Shown here piece by piece: positions 28,333 through 42,830 of a stretch of DNA of 64,000 nucleotides. The position numbers and the translations under genes are program-made. The DNA comes from Octopus vulgaris (lineage: Eukaryota): assembly GCA_951406725.2 (NCBI GenBank), contig OX597822.1, forward strand, positions 59,086,001-59,150,000. Reading direction: 5' to 3'. The notes under the pieces are model-generated. The model saw only the letters and a program-made list of their open reading frames with translations, had not been told where the DNA came from and did no database searches. Numbering within the stretch: the stretch's first letter is position 1; each line of letters opens with the position of its first letter.

Positions 28333-28714
28333 TCTCTCTCTATATAAACGGCAGTTTGTCTGTCTGCGTGTCTGTGTGTCTGTTAGGTTGTACCCTCACC
28401 CTGACCACGGCTTTCAACCGATTCTGATGAAACTTGACACACACATAGCCCAATGTCATAATTCAAAACTAACGCAGCGAAAGTTTTGAAAAGTTCCCCA
28501 GTTCTGAAAAAAATCGATAAATTCGACATGGGGTCGAGAATCAGAAACACAAACCACAGACTGTCTAGGGGACGCAATTCGACCTTTTTAACTAAAAAAA
28601 AAAATTTACCATCATTTTTTTTCCATTTTTTTGCTATTTTTTGGCTATAACTCTCTAAAATGCTTTATAGTTATTTCCCTTACAAACCCGAGCAACGCCG
28701 GGCGATACTGCTAG
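28333..28714 (+). mobile_element. Non-autonomous Helitron
   Basis: A|TC 5' end, 3' hairpin CCCGAGCAACGCCGGG, then CTAG|T. No TSD. Confidence 0.8.
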
Positions 28715-29489
28715 TTTTCTATAAAAAGGAGCTACGACCAAAGCAAAAATGATGACAATAACTCGGAGATGGGACCGCTACCATACACGGACACACTAAC
28801 GAACAAATAGAAATGAGTGAAGGATACAAACAACTCAAAACGTATCTCGCATTAATATTTGAGATTAACTTCATTGTTTACATCAACAAATCGTTAACTG
28901 AGCAGAATGATCATAACACAGGATCGATAAACAAATTCTACTGACTTAATTAATGATCGATCAGGTTGATAAAAATCACTCGACTCACAAGGAAACTAGT
29001 TTCTGGATATTGAATGTCTGCTTGTAGTGTGTTGCAGTTACTATTTGCCAAGAGATGGGAGTAACAGAGATGAATCGAAATGATAATACACGATCAAAAT
29101 GGATTTCTTTTTTTTCACAAAAGTACATCACTAAACTGTAGCCAAAACGTCGAACAATTGGATACAATTATTGGATGCAAAGTGAATAACGAATTCACAA
29201 ACCACCATTTGTGACTTAATGATACTGGTGGTACTGGCGGTGGTGATGGTGGTGATGGTGGTGGTCGCTGGTAGAAGTGGTGGCAGTCAATTTTCAGATC
29301 GAACCAAGCAAACTATATTTCCATTGGTTTTTCAAATTGCTAATACTATCTGTCGGTTGCAACTCCTGACATAAGTGTTACCGTTTTTCTGTGACACGGC
29401 ACAATTTGAGACTCAGAATGTACAGATAAGATAACGCAGCTTGTCTGACGCTCTAACTTGTCAGCCAATCCACTGCTCTAGATTACTCC

Positions 29490-29675
29490 TTTTACTCATT
29501 TACTTGTTTCAGTCATTTTGAATGCAGCCATGCTGGAGTCCGCTTTTAGTCGAGGAAATCGACCCCAAGACTTATTCTTTGTAAGCCGAGTACTTATTCT
29601 ATCGGTCTCTTTTGCCGAACCGCTAAGTTACGGGGATGTAAACACACCAGCATCTGTTGCCAAGCGATGTTGGGG

Positions 29676-29742
<67 letters not shown>

Positions 29743-29914
29743 GATATAGATATATACGACGGACTTCTTTCAGTTTCTGTCTACCAAATCCACTCACAAG
29801 GCTTTGGTCGGTCCGAGGCTAAAGTAGAAGACACTTGCCCCAGGTGCCCCGCAGTGGGACTAAACCCGGAACCTTGCGGCTGGTAAGCAAGCTACTTACC
29901 ACACAGTCACTCCT
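29490..29914 (-). mobile_element. Family-K SINE, full length
   Basis: Both arms plus (CA)n(TA)n. Confidence 0.85.
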
Positions 29915-30249
29915 AGTAATTTTTTTTCCTATCATCGACCCCGAAAATAATGAATGTTTAAATTGAATTTGACGGGATTTGAACTCAGAGCGTAGAGAGT
30001 AGAATCGAATATCATAACTAACACTCGATCGACTTGGACAATTCGCTGCCTTTATGTGAGACTCTCCAAAATCTACGAGAACTGCCGACGAGCAGTACTG
30101 AAAGTTAAATGCCTTGAAACTTTAAGCATAAACCATGAGCGATATGTAAAAAACTGTCTTATCGTAAGAAATTACAAAAGCGAAGTACGATTATCCGTAA
30201 GTTTGCATTAAACTCACAGACAGTATATAGCAGCATCAAAAACCTTACC

Positions 30250-32600
30250 ATCAAATACTTCCCACCTTCAGAATGTCTGAAGTTTGGAGGCGAGAGATCT
30301 GGAATGTTAGTCTTGTCGAGGAAATGCAAAAGCTACATTCTTGTATATGTGGAGGAGTGAAAAAAATGCCACATTTTTTTTTTATTACGTCGGGATGTAT
30401 TCGGGTAATATTCACGCCATGAGACACTAGAGCTGGCCACAATATTCTCATGAGACACAGAAATAGAGAATGATTGGGATAAGTGTTCATACTGAGTAGT
30501 CGATCGAGGAAAGACTATTGTTCAAATGAGGAGTACTTATATCAATAGAATCTTTCCCATCAACAATGAAAAATGCTACAAGTATCTCGGAATTGAGTAA
30601 ATAGAAGTATCTCGGAATTAGGTGAAAAAAATGCTACATGTTTTTTTTTATTACATCGGGATGTATTCGGGTAATATTCACGCCATGAGACACTAGAGCT
30701 GGCCACAATATTCTCACGAGACACTGAAATAGATAATGATTGGGATAAGTGTTCATACTGAGTAGTCGGTCGAGGAAAGACTATTGTTCAAATGAGGCGT
30801 ACTTATATCAATGGAATCTTTCTCATCAGCAATGAAAAATGCTACAAGTATCTCGGAATTGAATATATTGTTGGATACGTTGCTGTGTAAGTGTAGTTAG
30901 AACGACAAAGGAGGACTTCAACAGACTGTCGGCATTTAATAATACTTTTGAAGTGCAGTACAAGTACTAACACTCAAAACACTAGATTAGATACTTAGAG
31001 AGAATCCTCAACTTAGACATTAAGACCAGAATGATGTTAATCATCTTTTGTAATCATATCAACAATAACGTTAACGGGATTTCTCTTAAAGAGAACAATA
31101 GGAGAGATATAAAATGACAAAGACTGTTTGTATTAGCTTTATCACTCAGTATCTATTGTATACTGTGACAGTACCTACTGAGCGGTAAAGGGAGAAATGA
31201 GTAGACCCCATGTATATATTCAGTAGTGAAAAATAACAACTTCAGAGTCGTATAGAACTCCTGAACAGGTTTTCTGAGAATGCAATCACTCCAAAAGATC
31301 CAAGGGTAGCAAGACTAACTACATAAGCAGAGACTTATTCATCAAATGGCAGTAAGTTATGCATTGATTCATATCCCGCAAACTAGAGGATAAAAGTAAC
31401 ATTGACAGGAGGAGTGGTCTCTTTTGTGCTTGTGATACTGAGACAGACACATATTCCATTCCACCAAGTAGTATTCGCTTTCGCTATTCTGAAAAAGGAG
31501 AGACCTGCTAGATTCCTGTTCAATAAAAGGGATATAGATGTTTCTAAATTTCCACTGTGTGATGGTTATATCCATTTGGCTCATACGAGAATGGAAGATA
31601 TCACTTACATGAGTGGTCCTCAACCAGGGTCACTTAGGGATCCATATAAAATTTAGTTGTTAAAAATTATGTCCAATAAATTGGTAATACTTCTACAATA
31701 CACAAAATATTTTAGCAATTATATATACAATTCCTAATAATAATGAATTATAAAAATATAAGATTTTTTAACCCACTTGGGACACCCAGGCCGATTGATC
31801 GGCCCAAGTTATACAAGCTGAAAGGACTTTGAGGCTGATCCATTCTTCACGATGGAACAAATGTTGGGAATGGTTGGTTTTGAAGTGTAATAGCTAATCA
31901 GAGATCGTTCACCAGTAGTTGTATCGCAAAAAAAAAATGGTCCTTTTGGCTACACATACCAAATCATCGTGTGTCTAAAGAGGGTTAAACTTCAAATGTA
32001 TATGGAGGGCCAGTAGATTAAAATAAGAATCAAAGGGGTCCATAGGAAAAAAAGAACAATAGTTGAGAATCTCTGACCTACATCATCGCCTCCCATGCGA
32101 CATGACAGTGTTGCTAAAATTATTTACAGCTATCAGGAGAGATTGATCTGACGGTGATAGAACCAGTCTAGAACCAGAATGAATCCATAACTTGAAAAAT
32201 GAAGAACAGTGATGGGATGTTCCCATAAAAACACCAATCTAATGCGAACACCATCAGGTCGAGGGAATGAAGTCATTCTCTATTGTTAAGTCTAGCTGCC
32301 CAGATGATGTGAGCGATTCGTCTAAAGTTATGAAAAAAGTGATCTGTGGTAAAGTAATGAAGAACTTGCTGTTCTTACCTTTCAGGTGATAGATTTTTCA
32401 TTTGTATCTATCATCATCGGTGCACCAGGTTATGTAATAACAGATTTTCACAAAAGCCTGAAAATGCTGGCGTTTTCCAAGGAAAAAAAAAAAGAAAAGT
32501 AATCACAGTCCTCCAGACCCAATTGATCAGAGAATGGTATAAATCTTCATACAGTGAAGATTTGTAAAACAAAAGGAATCTCTATTTTAGCTCCCTGGAA
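30250..32600 (+). mobile_element. Scattered, heavily decayed non-LTR (RLE-type) remnants with an internal tandem duplication of about 265 bp
   Basis: EKCYKYLGIE motif duplicated (30357-30600 vs 30622-30862). Further remnants such as EVSCP.D and IIIGA.GY near 32290-32440. Confidence 0.5.
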
Positions 32601-32899
32601 TGAATATATACACACAATCACACGTATGCAAGTGGCATATACATAATTACACACACGCACACATAGAGTAACATTACATGGGTACAAGTATATCCACACA
32701 AACATCTACATGTATGCACACACTAACCCACCCACATATTTACAAATTCCCGGGACTGTCTTGACTTAATCAAAAGTGTCTTGTCTTCTTAATTTGTTAA
32801 CGATCGGTTTGTATTCTCTGAAGAAGAATTTGAATATATCTCGAACAAAAGCATAGAGAGTATGCTTTCCCCCCTCCCTCCCTCCTTCTTTCCCTCAAT

Positions 32900-33083
32900 A
32901 CATCCATCCACCCATCCATCCATCCATCCATCCACCCATCCATCCATCCGTCCATCCGTCCATCCATCCATCCACCTACCCATCCATCCATCCATCCATC
33001 CATCCATCCATCCATCCATCCATCCATCCATCCATCCACCTACCCATCCATCCATCCATCCATCCATCCATCCATCCATCCAT

Positions 33084-33117
<34 letters not shown>

Positions 33118-33203
33118 GTCCATCCATCCATCCATCCGTCCGTCCATCCATCCATCCAGCCATCTATCCATCCATCCATCCATCCATCCATCCATCCATC
33201 CAT
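32900..33203. repeat. (CATC)n tetranucleotide array
   Basis: Seen directly in the sequence. Confidence 0.95.
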
Positions 33204-33352
33204 GGGTGTGTGGTAAGAAGTCTTTTTCTCAACCGCGGGGTCAGTTCTACTGTGTGGAATGTTGGGCGTCTTTTGTTATAAACCAGGGACGAACAAAGCC
33301 TTGTGAGTGGATTTGTTAGACGGAAACTGAAAGAAGCCTGTAGTATACGCTT

Positions 33353-33425
<73 letters not shown>

Positions 33426-33715
33426 AACACACACACACGTACCTACATAGACACGCACCCGCGCACACACACACACGAATATATGTTTAAATCTGTGTAC
33501 GTGTCTTTGAGTTTATCCCCCTCCACCACTGCTTGACAACCGATGATGGTTTGTTTGCACTCCTTCAACTTAGCGGATCCGCAAAAAAGAAAGACCGATA
33601 AGATAAGTACCAGGCTTAAGAAAAATAAATGCTGAAATTGATTCGTTCGAATAAAACCTTTCAAGGCATTGGCCCGCATGACTGCAGTCCAATGACTGAA
33701 ACAAGTAAAATATAG
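33204..33715 (+). mobile_element. Family-K SINE, diverged
   Basis: Both arms, with (CA)n in the slot. Confidence 0.75.
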
Positions 33716-34578
33716 AGATATAGGCACAGGAGTTGTGAGCCCAACCCTCTCTAACCACTGAGCCATGCGTCTCTAAACTAGCAATTAAGATATCGGCGAA
33801 ATTTTGAAATAGTTACGTTATATATATAATTCCAAATATGGTTGTAGTCGCATTAAGATCTAAATTTTAATAATAATTTATCTTTTCCATTTTTGCTTGA
33901 ATCGTTAGGCCTTTTGATCGGACTCAGTACTTAAAAGATGTAATCTTGGTTCGCAAATGCTTACTGGATTTCTTCCAGTTTGCCAGTGAGCTTGACGCTA
34001 AAGATGGCCAAAAACTAGGAATAGCAGTTAGATCGGCAGAGAATAAATATATTTCACGCAGATTCATCATGACTCACTTTCTTTTTACATAAATGTTCTC
34101 AAGATCAAGATCGTCATTCACCTGAAGGTTATTACCCGCTTAGCAGTCTTGGCACCAAATAATGGCATCGTTGCTAAATATAATTCCGAGATTGCGCAAA
34201 AGTTCAGTTTCTAATATCAAAGTATCTCGGTACTAAATGTATTCCTCTCACAGTGTCTTTCAGAGTTTCTGCGCAGAGAAATTCAATGTTTTCTGACAAT
34301 AGCTTTGGTTATCGATTCCTTGCCAGAACTCATAATTTGTAGTCGTCTTTCATGGTGGCTACATAACCAAAACTCTATTCTCAAAGCACGCCTCCCCTAC
34401 AGGATTAGGAAACACTGAAAAACAGCACTCTTGATCACTTGATAACCTTCGCAAACCATGAGAGTCACACACACACACACACACACACACACAAATTCAT
34501 AAACATATTTACGTAACGATCACTCTAAAAGTGACCGTGCTTTACTAGTAAGCTACCAAGTGTAAAGCATTCGTTTTA

Positions 34579-34657
<79 letters not shown>

Positions 34658-35844
34658 ATGTTTATGAATTTTTGTTTGCAAACGCACGCACACCTACAAA
34701 TGCAGACGCAAACGTATGTGCATATAAAGATACACATGATAGAAGAACATAATGAACTAAGTGGAACAGGAGCACACATGAGGACGGAAAGTGTCGCTGA
34801 TGAGGTTACGGATGTGTGACGAAAGATTTCCGGACGATGGACACCAGTTGAAATAAGAACCGTAATAAACGAGTGAAGAACTAAAATATAGTGCGTGTGT
34901 TTATTTGGCAAAAAAAAAAGAAAAAAGGATGGCCGTCCCGAAATACAACAACAACACACATATACACATATATTTGCACATAGGTACGTACATACATACA
35001 TGCATAGATATCTGTGCGCGCGTGTTATGAGACAGTGTTACTGCCACACCTTCAAACATTCTAGACCACGTCTGGTTGATTGGCAAAGTTTCAACCTAAC
35101 CTAACTTCTGGCTGACATAGGTAATGTCTCTTCCCTTTGTCTCTGCGTACTACTTACTTGCACTCAAACCCACAGGCTGCATCTGCCATTTTCTATCTCG
35201 TCACCCTTATTGCGTCTCATTTCCAAATCTCTCACGAAGCATTTTGCTCACTACCTCCTTCTTAGAACTTTAATCATAAGGAGTTGTATCTGTGCCCATA
35301 TACAAACACCTATATCAAGATTAACGGTGTATGATGATCTATAATGGCTATGGCTCCCACTTTCTTTTTACATCTAAATAACCAAACGAATGGGAAAACT
35401 GAATCTTATTGCAGATTTTTGTATCATTAGACACCTTTGTTGCTTTGACAATTTTGTTGTAGACATAAATCGATAGGGAGTCTGTCCGCACTTATAAATT
35501 TATGTTTGCAACAACACCAAAAAGAAACCCCACAACAATTGTTCTGTGTAGAATGTTCAATAATAAAGGTGTAGTGTTGTTGCATGGTAAGAAGTTCAGG
35601 GCTCAGTCCCGCTAAGTGACACGTCTTTTAATATAGATACGGACTAACCAAAGCCTTGTGAGTGGATCTGGTAGATGGAAGTTGAAAGAAAACTCGTTGT
35701 GTACACATACATACACACACATACATATATACATAGATACATACATACATACATACACACATACATACATACATACATGAATGCATACATACATACATAC
35801 ATACATACATACATACATACATACATACATACATACATACATAC

Positions 35845-36205
35845 CCTCTGGACACGAATGTGGTTAGAAAAATACAAGAGAAAGAGGACGTCTATGGAAC
35901 ATTGTTAAGGAGTTTACAAATCCAGTACCCAAGGTACACTTTTAGTTTCATATCCATTGTCAGTGGACTAACAGGATACATGCCAACTCATCTGGGGCAA
36001 AGTATGGCTGAATTTGGAATCTTGGGGAGAGAATGTGAATCCTTAATTAACACGCTATAAATGATCGCGATATCTGGGACTATAAAAATCTGCAATATTC
36101 TTCTTAAGATTTATAAGAGGACGGGTAAAACAAGATAGCTTCCTTCACAGTCCTAAGGGAAAGGCAAAGGCCGATACAGCTTCAAGTAGGTGGCCGGTCA
36201 AAATT
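35845..36205 (+). mobile_element. RLE-type non-LTR 3' fragment
   Basis: EKEDVYGTLLRSLQIQYPRYTFSFISIVSGLTGY, following (CATA)n. Confidence 0.6.
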
Positions 36206-36351
36206 TACTCTAAATTAAAAAGAGAGCGAAAAAAAAAAAAAGAATACGCACGCACACATATATACATACATACATACATACATACATACATACGTACATA
36301 CATACACACATACATGCATGTATACATATATATGCATACATATATATGTAC

Positions 36352-36444
<93 letters not shown>

Positions 36445-37142
36445 TCTCCCACTACCGCCACCACAACAAAAAAATTAACAATAGAATAAGTATCAGGACT
36501 AAAAAGAAGGTGCTGGGGTCGAATTACTCGACTGAAGCTTTGAAGGCGGTGCTGCAGCATGGCCAAGATTCAGTGATTTGAAACACGTAAAAGACAATAA
36601 TATAACTTCCAGCCTCTTAAGAAGAATTCAAGCATACATTTCCGACGTCTTCCTACAACACTGGAGTCGCATAACCTATAATGTTAGATACGTGACGTCA
36701 GTAACATGACTCACAGAGTCTTACTACATCGAGTTAATGTTTGACACTTCACTACATTACATACCAGTCGCTCCTAAAATACTATTGACCCGAGGCGGCT
36801 TTAGGAAGCGAGAAATTTTTCGATCGTTATAAGAAAATTGCATTCTTTCCTTTGGGAATGCGTTTAATTTTGTCTCGTTGGGATTAATAAACATAGCTGG
36901 GATATTTGTGCAAATGTGGTAACATGTTTTTAATTCATATTTTTTTTACTTATTTCAGTCATTGGCCTGCGGCCATGCTGGAGCACCGTCCAGAAGGATT
37001 TAGTCAAATCGTCCAGTACTTATTTTTAAAGTCTGGTAAATATTTTGTCGGGCTCATTTGCTGAACCACTGAACTACGGAAACGTAAGTAAACCATCAAG
37101 TGATGGTGGGGGACAAGCACAACACCAGCATAAGGACACACA

Positions 37143-37174
<32 letters not shown>

Positions 37175-37237
37175 GACACACACACACACACACACACAAC
37201 GCACATACATATATATGTATATGTAAATGTCTACACG

Positions 37238-37575
37238 TGAAGGCGCATGGCTCAGTGGTTAGAGAGTCGAGCTTACGATCGTGAGGTTGTGAGTTCGATT
37301 CCCGGACCGGGCAGCGTGTTGTGTTCTTGAGTAAGACACTTTATTTCACGTTGCTCCAGTTCACTCAGCTGTAGAAATGAGTTGCGACATCACTGGTGCC
37401 AAGCTGTATCGACCTTTGCCTTTCCCTTGGATAACATCAGTGGTGTGGAGAGGGGAGGCTGGTATGCATGGACGACTGCTAGCCTTCCATAAACAACCTT
37501 GCCCAGACTTGTACCTCGGAGGGTAACTTCCTAGGTGCAATCCTATGGTCATTCATGACCGAAGGGGGTCTCCCC
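37238..37575 (+). mobile_element. tRNA-derived SINE, family R1, full length
   Basis: GGCTCAGTGGTTAGAG A-box, GAGTTCGATTCCC B-box, GTGTTCTTGAGTAAGACACTTT core. Confidence 0.85.
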
Positions 37576-37589
37576 CAAATGTCTACCTA

Positions 37590-37835
37590 TATATCTGTGA
37601 AAACCATGTATGTCATAAGGTCCGCAAATCTAACGGCGGTCTCAAAGCACATTTTAAGATTCACAAAGATCAGAACTTAACTGCAGCTCTAGTCCAAATC
37701 AGATATGCAATCTATGTGGGTGTCTTTTGAAAACATTGTCTGGTTTAAAAAGCCACATCATATGCCATAGTGGATCTAAAGTGTAAGTACAAGAGGTGGT
37801 CAGACTCTGCATAAGGAGTAGACAACCACCATATA
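37590..37835 (+). mobile_element. RTE LINE 3' fragment (zinc-finger region and 3' hairpin)
   Basis: VCHKVRKSNGGLKAHFKIH and CNLCGCLLKTLSGLKSHI, followed by GGTGGT..ACCACC and a (CATA)-like tail. Confidence 0.65.
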
Positions 37836-37860
37836 CAAACATACATGCATACATGCATAC

Positions 37861-37921
<61 letters not shown>

Positions 37922-37937
37922 GTGTGTATACATATAC

Positions 37938-37975
<38 letters not shown>

Positions 37976-38218
37976 TAATAATAATAATAATAAAAGGTAA
38001 AATTAATTAATTAGTTAGTAATTAATAATTCCACCAAATAGTGTTCAGCATGTTAAAAGGACCATTTACGGTAAACTTATACATTACGTTTTATAATTAT
38101 GAGTATAATTATAAATAGGGTTCAGCAAAAAAAAAAAAAAAATTAGAAATAGCAGCCAAATAACTTAGCTATTTCTTCTACTATAATCGTGTTAGCGAAA
38201 TTATATGTGATATAAGGT

Positions 38219-38929
38219 CAGTGGCGGTTCGTAGATAAAATTAGTTGGGGTGCTGCTTCAGAAAAATTTTAGACGTTGTTTTAATATTGTGTAAAAGGAA
38301 ACAAACATATAAAAAGAAAATTTATAAATAAACTTGATCGGTTCGCGTTTTAATCACTGCCGGGTAGTGTGTATAATTTGTTCACTGAACCTCACCGCGA
38401 ATTCACCTTTGTTTTTAAAAAATTCCCCCAAGTCACAAAATAAGGGGTGAGGGCGGGATGTGTCCTATTTTTCAAATCCTGACAGCAACACTGAAGCTGG
38501 AAGCAGGATAATAATCTAATTCTACACTTTATCACATTCAAGAATATAAACATGTTTTTAAGCATAACACACGCCGAGTTAAAAAGAAACACTACATTTC
38601 ACCAGCACACAAGAGTCGGCACTGCGTGAACGACAGTGCTCTCTCTCCCTAGCGTGCAGCTTCCTATCTCAGATATGTGAGCATGCGCACAACAGACAAA
38701 CACTGAGTCGCTGCAACTGTGAGGTGCACAATTCTATAAAGGATTTTGGTATTCTTTTCATAAACTAGGGGATGGCTACTGACATTAAGCTTAAAGGATT
38801 ATATAATGTACAAGTATAAAAAAAGAATTAACGAAAAAAAAGGACTCATTATATTAAATGTCATCGATAATATCTTGTGGAAATAGGGGGTGCTGCAGTT
38901 CTGCATTGCCAATACACGAGCCGCCACTG
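38219..38929. mobile_element. Non-autonomous hAT-type DNA transposon
   Basis: TIRs CAGTGGCGGTTCGT / ACGAGCCGCCACTG and a perfect 8-bp TSD TATAAGGT (38211-38218, 38930-38937). Confidence 0.9.
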
Positions 38930-39416
38930 TATAAGGTATATTTCTAAAATCAGTTCAAATAAAGCTATGTTGGTAAGTAAAAGGTGTTTCTTTTATAATG
39001 GGAGAAATAAACCAGTTAATGATTTAGGCTGTAGGAGTCGGTATAAATGTGAAGGCTTAAAAATATGTTTTAAACGGTTCTCTACGCCTGCACGTCTTAT
39101 GCTGACGACACCTATGAATTTATGTATGTATGTATGTATGTATGTATGTATGTATGTATGTATGTATGTATGTATGTATGTCCGCATGTATGTACGCATG
39201 TATGTATGTATTTATGTATGCCTGTATATACACACATGAGCAACCTAACTAACTGCGTATGAATGGATATATGTATCTATGTTCTACTGTATGCACTTGC
39301 GTAAAATGAAATATGTATTTTATACAATTGTAAATACATACCGGCATCGCTTTTCTATTCAACTCTACGCATGTAGCATGTATGTATGTATGTATGTATG
39401 TATGTATGTATGTATG

Positions 39417-39450
<34 letters not shown>

Positions 39451-39485
39451 TGTATGTATGTATGTATGTATGTATGTATGTATGC

Positions 39486-40760
39486 ATATTTAATATCAGG
39501 CGCCTTGCTGCAAAAACAAAGATATTTACCTCTATCATGAGAGACCTTTTGTATGCTGATGATTGTGAGCTAGTAGTACACTCAGAGATTGATATGCAAC
39601 ACATTTTGAATGCATTCTCTGGTGCTTGCACTGCCTTAGGATTGACAGTCAATCTCAAGAAAACTGTTGTCATGCATCAACCTGCCCCTGGTAAGCAGTA
39701 TAGTGTACCAAATATCTATGTGAATGGTAAACGACTTGATGTAGTCGATCAGTTTGTCTACCTGAGAAGCACAATTAATAGATATGGCAATGTGGATGAT
39801 GAAATTCCATATAGAATTATGAAAGCAAGTGTTGCTTTCGGAAGGCTAGAAAAGATCCTTTGGAGTCGGCGAGACATATGCAGAAAGACAAATATAAAGG
39901 TGTACAAGGCATGTGTGCTCCCTTCTCTTCTCTATGCCTGCGAGACGTAGGTCACATATCGATACCACCTTAAACGACTGGAACGTTTCCATCAGATGTG
40001 CTTCAGACAGATGTATGGCATTAAGTGGAAGGACCGCATCAGTGATCTTGAAATACTCGAAGTCTCTCGGTGTGAAAGTATAGAAGCTCTTGTGTTAAAG
40101 CAAAGGCTCAGATGGAGTGGTCATCTGGTCAGAATGAAGGATTCAAGGATGCCAAAACAACTCTTTTATGGAGAGTTAGCTAAAGGAAAACGACCTCCAC
40201 ATAAACCAAAAAAAGGTATAAGGACGTGCTGAAGGCTTCCTTAAGAGATGCTTGCATCTCTCCTGACACATGAGAAGGCATAGCTATTGATCGTAGCAGG
40301 TGGAGAAGGATTGTGCATGAGGGGACAGCCACGTTTGAGAAATCTCGAGTTGCACATGAGAAAGTAAAGAGGGACGTCAGGAAGGGCATCGCTGTTACAC
40401 CTCCAGAAGGGAAGGGTCTTCCTTTGATTCTGACATGCAATGTCTGTGCAAGACCCTGCCTCAGTAAAGCTGGACTCAAGAGTCATCTTCGTAGTAATAA
40501 AACGAGACAGATGAGTGACAACCTGGCCACTGGTGGTAGTGTAACACACCATACTAATCATATCTGTCGGGCATGTGGAAGAGAGTGTAATTCGGCAGGA
40601 GGACTTAAACGACATGCAAAGGTACATGAAGCCCATTGCCAATTTTGTACAAGACATTGTAGATCTTTAGCTGGGCTAAAAAGTCACATTCGATCACAGC
40701 ACCAGTAACAGTTAAGCTTCGTGCAATGGCCATACTCGATAACGAGGGGGCAGCCATAAT
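39486..40760 (+). mobile_element. 5'-truncated RTE (BovB-like) LINE: C-terminal RT plus three C2H2-like zinc fingers, (TATG)n tail
   Basis: LLYADDCELV, KASVAFGRL, VYKACVLPSLLYACET, RLRWSGHLVRMKDSRMPKQLFYGEL, CNVC..GLKSH, CRAC..GLKRH, CQFC..GLKSH. Contains stops and a frameshift, and is embedded in (TATG)n on both sides. Confidence 0.93.
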
Positions 40761-40805
40761 GTATGTATGTATGTATGTATGTATGTATGTATGTATGCAT
40801 GTATA

Positions 40806-40982
40806 ACTTTTACTTGTTTCGATCATTGGACTGCGTCCATGCTAGGGTACCACCTTCATGCGTTTAGCTGAACAAATCGTCCCTAGTACTTAGGTTTTTA
40901 AGCCTAGTATTTATTCTTTCTGTTACGCTTGCCGAATCGCTAATTTAAACAAACCAGCAACGGTTGTCGAGCGGTAGTGGTA

Positions 40983-41068
<86 letters not shown>

Positions 41069-41195
41069 TATACGACGAGTTTCTTTCATTTTTCACCTAC
41101 CAAATCCAATCACAAGATTATTGTCCAACGTACTACGCAGTGGAAACGAACCCGAAAGCATGTGACCGAGAAAAAAACTTCTTACCATACACAGG
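40806..41195 (-). mobile_element. Family-K SINE, diverged
   Basis: Arms recognisable around (CA)n. Confidence 0.65.
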
Positions 41196-41427
41196 CTCAC
41201 TCTGTCTGTCTATCTGTCTGTCTATCTCTCTCTCTCTCCCTCTCTCTCTCTCTATACATATATACATATATATATAATATACATACATACACACACACTT
41301 ACACACGCACATGTACATATACATCCAAATGTATATACATACATACGTACATTTAAAGGGAATACTTATAAATTTTTCCCTTATAAGGTTTTCACGCTGA
41401 CCACTTGATAAATTCTTAAGATTTTAT

Positions 41428-41500
<73 letters not shown>

Positions 41501-41713
41501 TTATATATATACATACAGAAAAGTGTGTATGATATGTGTTTCTAAACTTAGCGTATTTACCAGCTACGTTTGTCTTAGTTACTGCGCATATATATCACTA
41601 GCCCAAATATGCTTTCGGATATAAATACTTGAAACTGGGAGACAAAAGTGGTCAGTTTTCTTCCTGTCATTTCAATGCCCACAGAGTATAATAAAATATA
41701 TACACACATACAT

Positions 41714-41767
<54 letters not shown>

Positions 41768-41785
41768 TTAGTATATATACATATA

Positions 41786-42181
41786 TCTTTATATATAAAA
41801 GAGAAGTTGTGTGTCTGTCTCCTACGATTTAGATTCCTAACTACTCCCACATTTTGCGGTGCAGTTTAACCAAAACCGGGTATCTTATAGTCGTGATTCA
41901 TATCGAGCCCTTCTGGGTATTAGCGCGCGTCTACGATGAGTCTACGATTTAAAAAAACATTTTCCATCATTTTTTTCCATTTTAATGCATTTTTCGCTAT
42001 TATATAAGGGAAGTAACTCTCTAAAAATGTCTACGATGAGTCAACGATTTAAAAAAAATTTACCATCATTTTTTTTCCATTTTTAATGCATTTTTTTGCT
42101 ATGTTTTGGCTATAACTCTCTAAATATGCTTATATAGTTATTTCCCTTACAAACCCGAGCAACGCCGGGCGATACTGCTAG
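41786..42181 (+). mobile_element. Non-autonomous Helitron
   Basis: TC start. The 3' ~130 bp are nearly identical to the 28333 copy and end in hairpin + CTAG. Internal duplication of CTACGATGAGTC... Confidence 0.8.
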
Positions 42182-42183
42182 TA

Positions 42184-42799
42184 TCTTATACAGAAATGGC
42201 AATTTCTGTCTGTCGATCTGTCTCTTACCATCTTATTACCTACACCAGTGAACCAATCTTGACGAAACTTTGCATGCATGTCAAACTAACACCCAGTTCA
42301 ATAATAGGATAATTGGATTTCAATAAAATGTATAATGGGCCCTCCTATTATTTATCAAATAAAAGCAAGCCCTTAGGGTTTGCTATTATTTGATAAAATG
42401 AGAAGGTTGAAAGGAGTGTTAATGTGATGGAAATGTAGGGACATAGTGAATGTCAGGGAAGGGGTGGACAGCGTTGTGTAAGCGACAAATATGGAGTGGC
42501 AGTGGGATGATGACGTTAATACAACTGTCATAAGCAACTTTTAAAATGCCGAGGAAGGGAAAGAAATGTGGGTGTGAGGAATACGTAGCTTTAAGAAGAG
42601 AAGGGGTATGTGGATTTTCTGCTGTCCATCGCAAAGAAACACTCTTACACAGACACACACACACACTTATACATGCATATATATGCATGCATAAGTACAT
42701 ACATACATACATACATACAAACATACATATGTCTACTATACATCATTTTAAATTTGTGATTATCTATGTGTATATTTGTAAATGTGTGTGTATGTGTTT

Positions 42800-42830
<31 letters not shown>

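Noticed and set aside
37238-37310. tRNA genes at SINE heads
   Set aside because: A/B boxes are present but continue into SINE bodies repeated many times, with no complete acceptor stem.
40313-40708. Host C2H2 zinc-finger gene
   Set aside because: Contiguous with RTE reverse transcriptase and followed by the LINE 3' tail.
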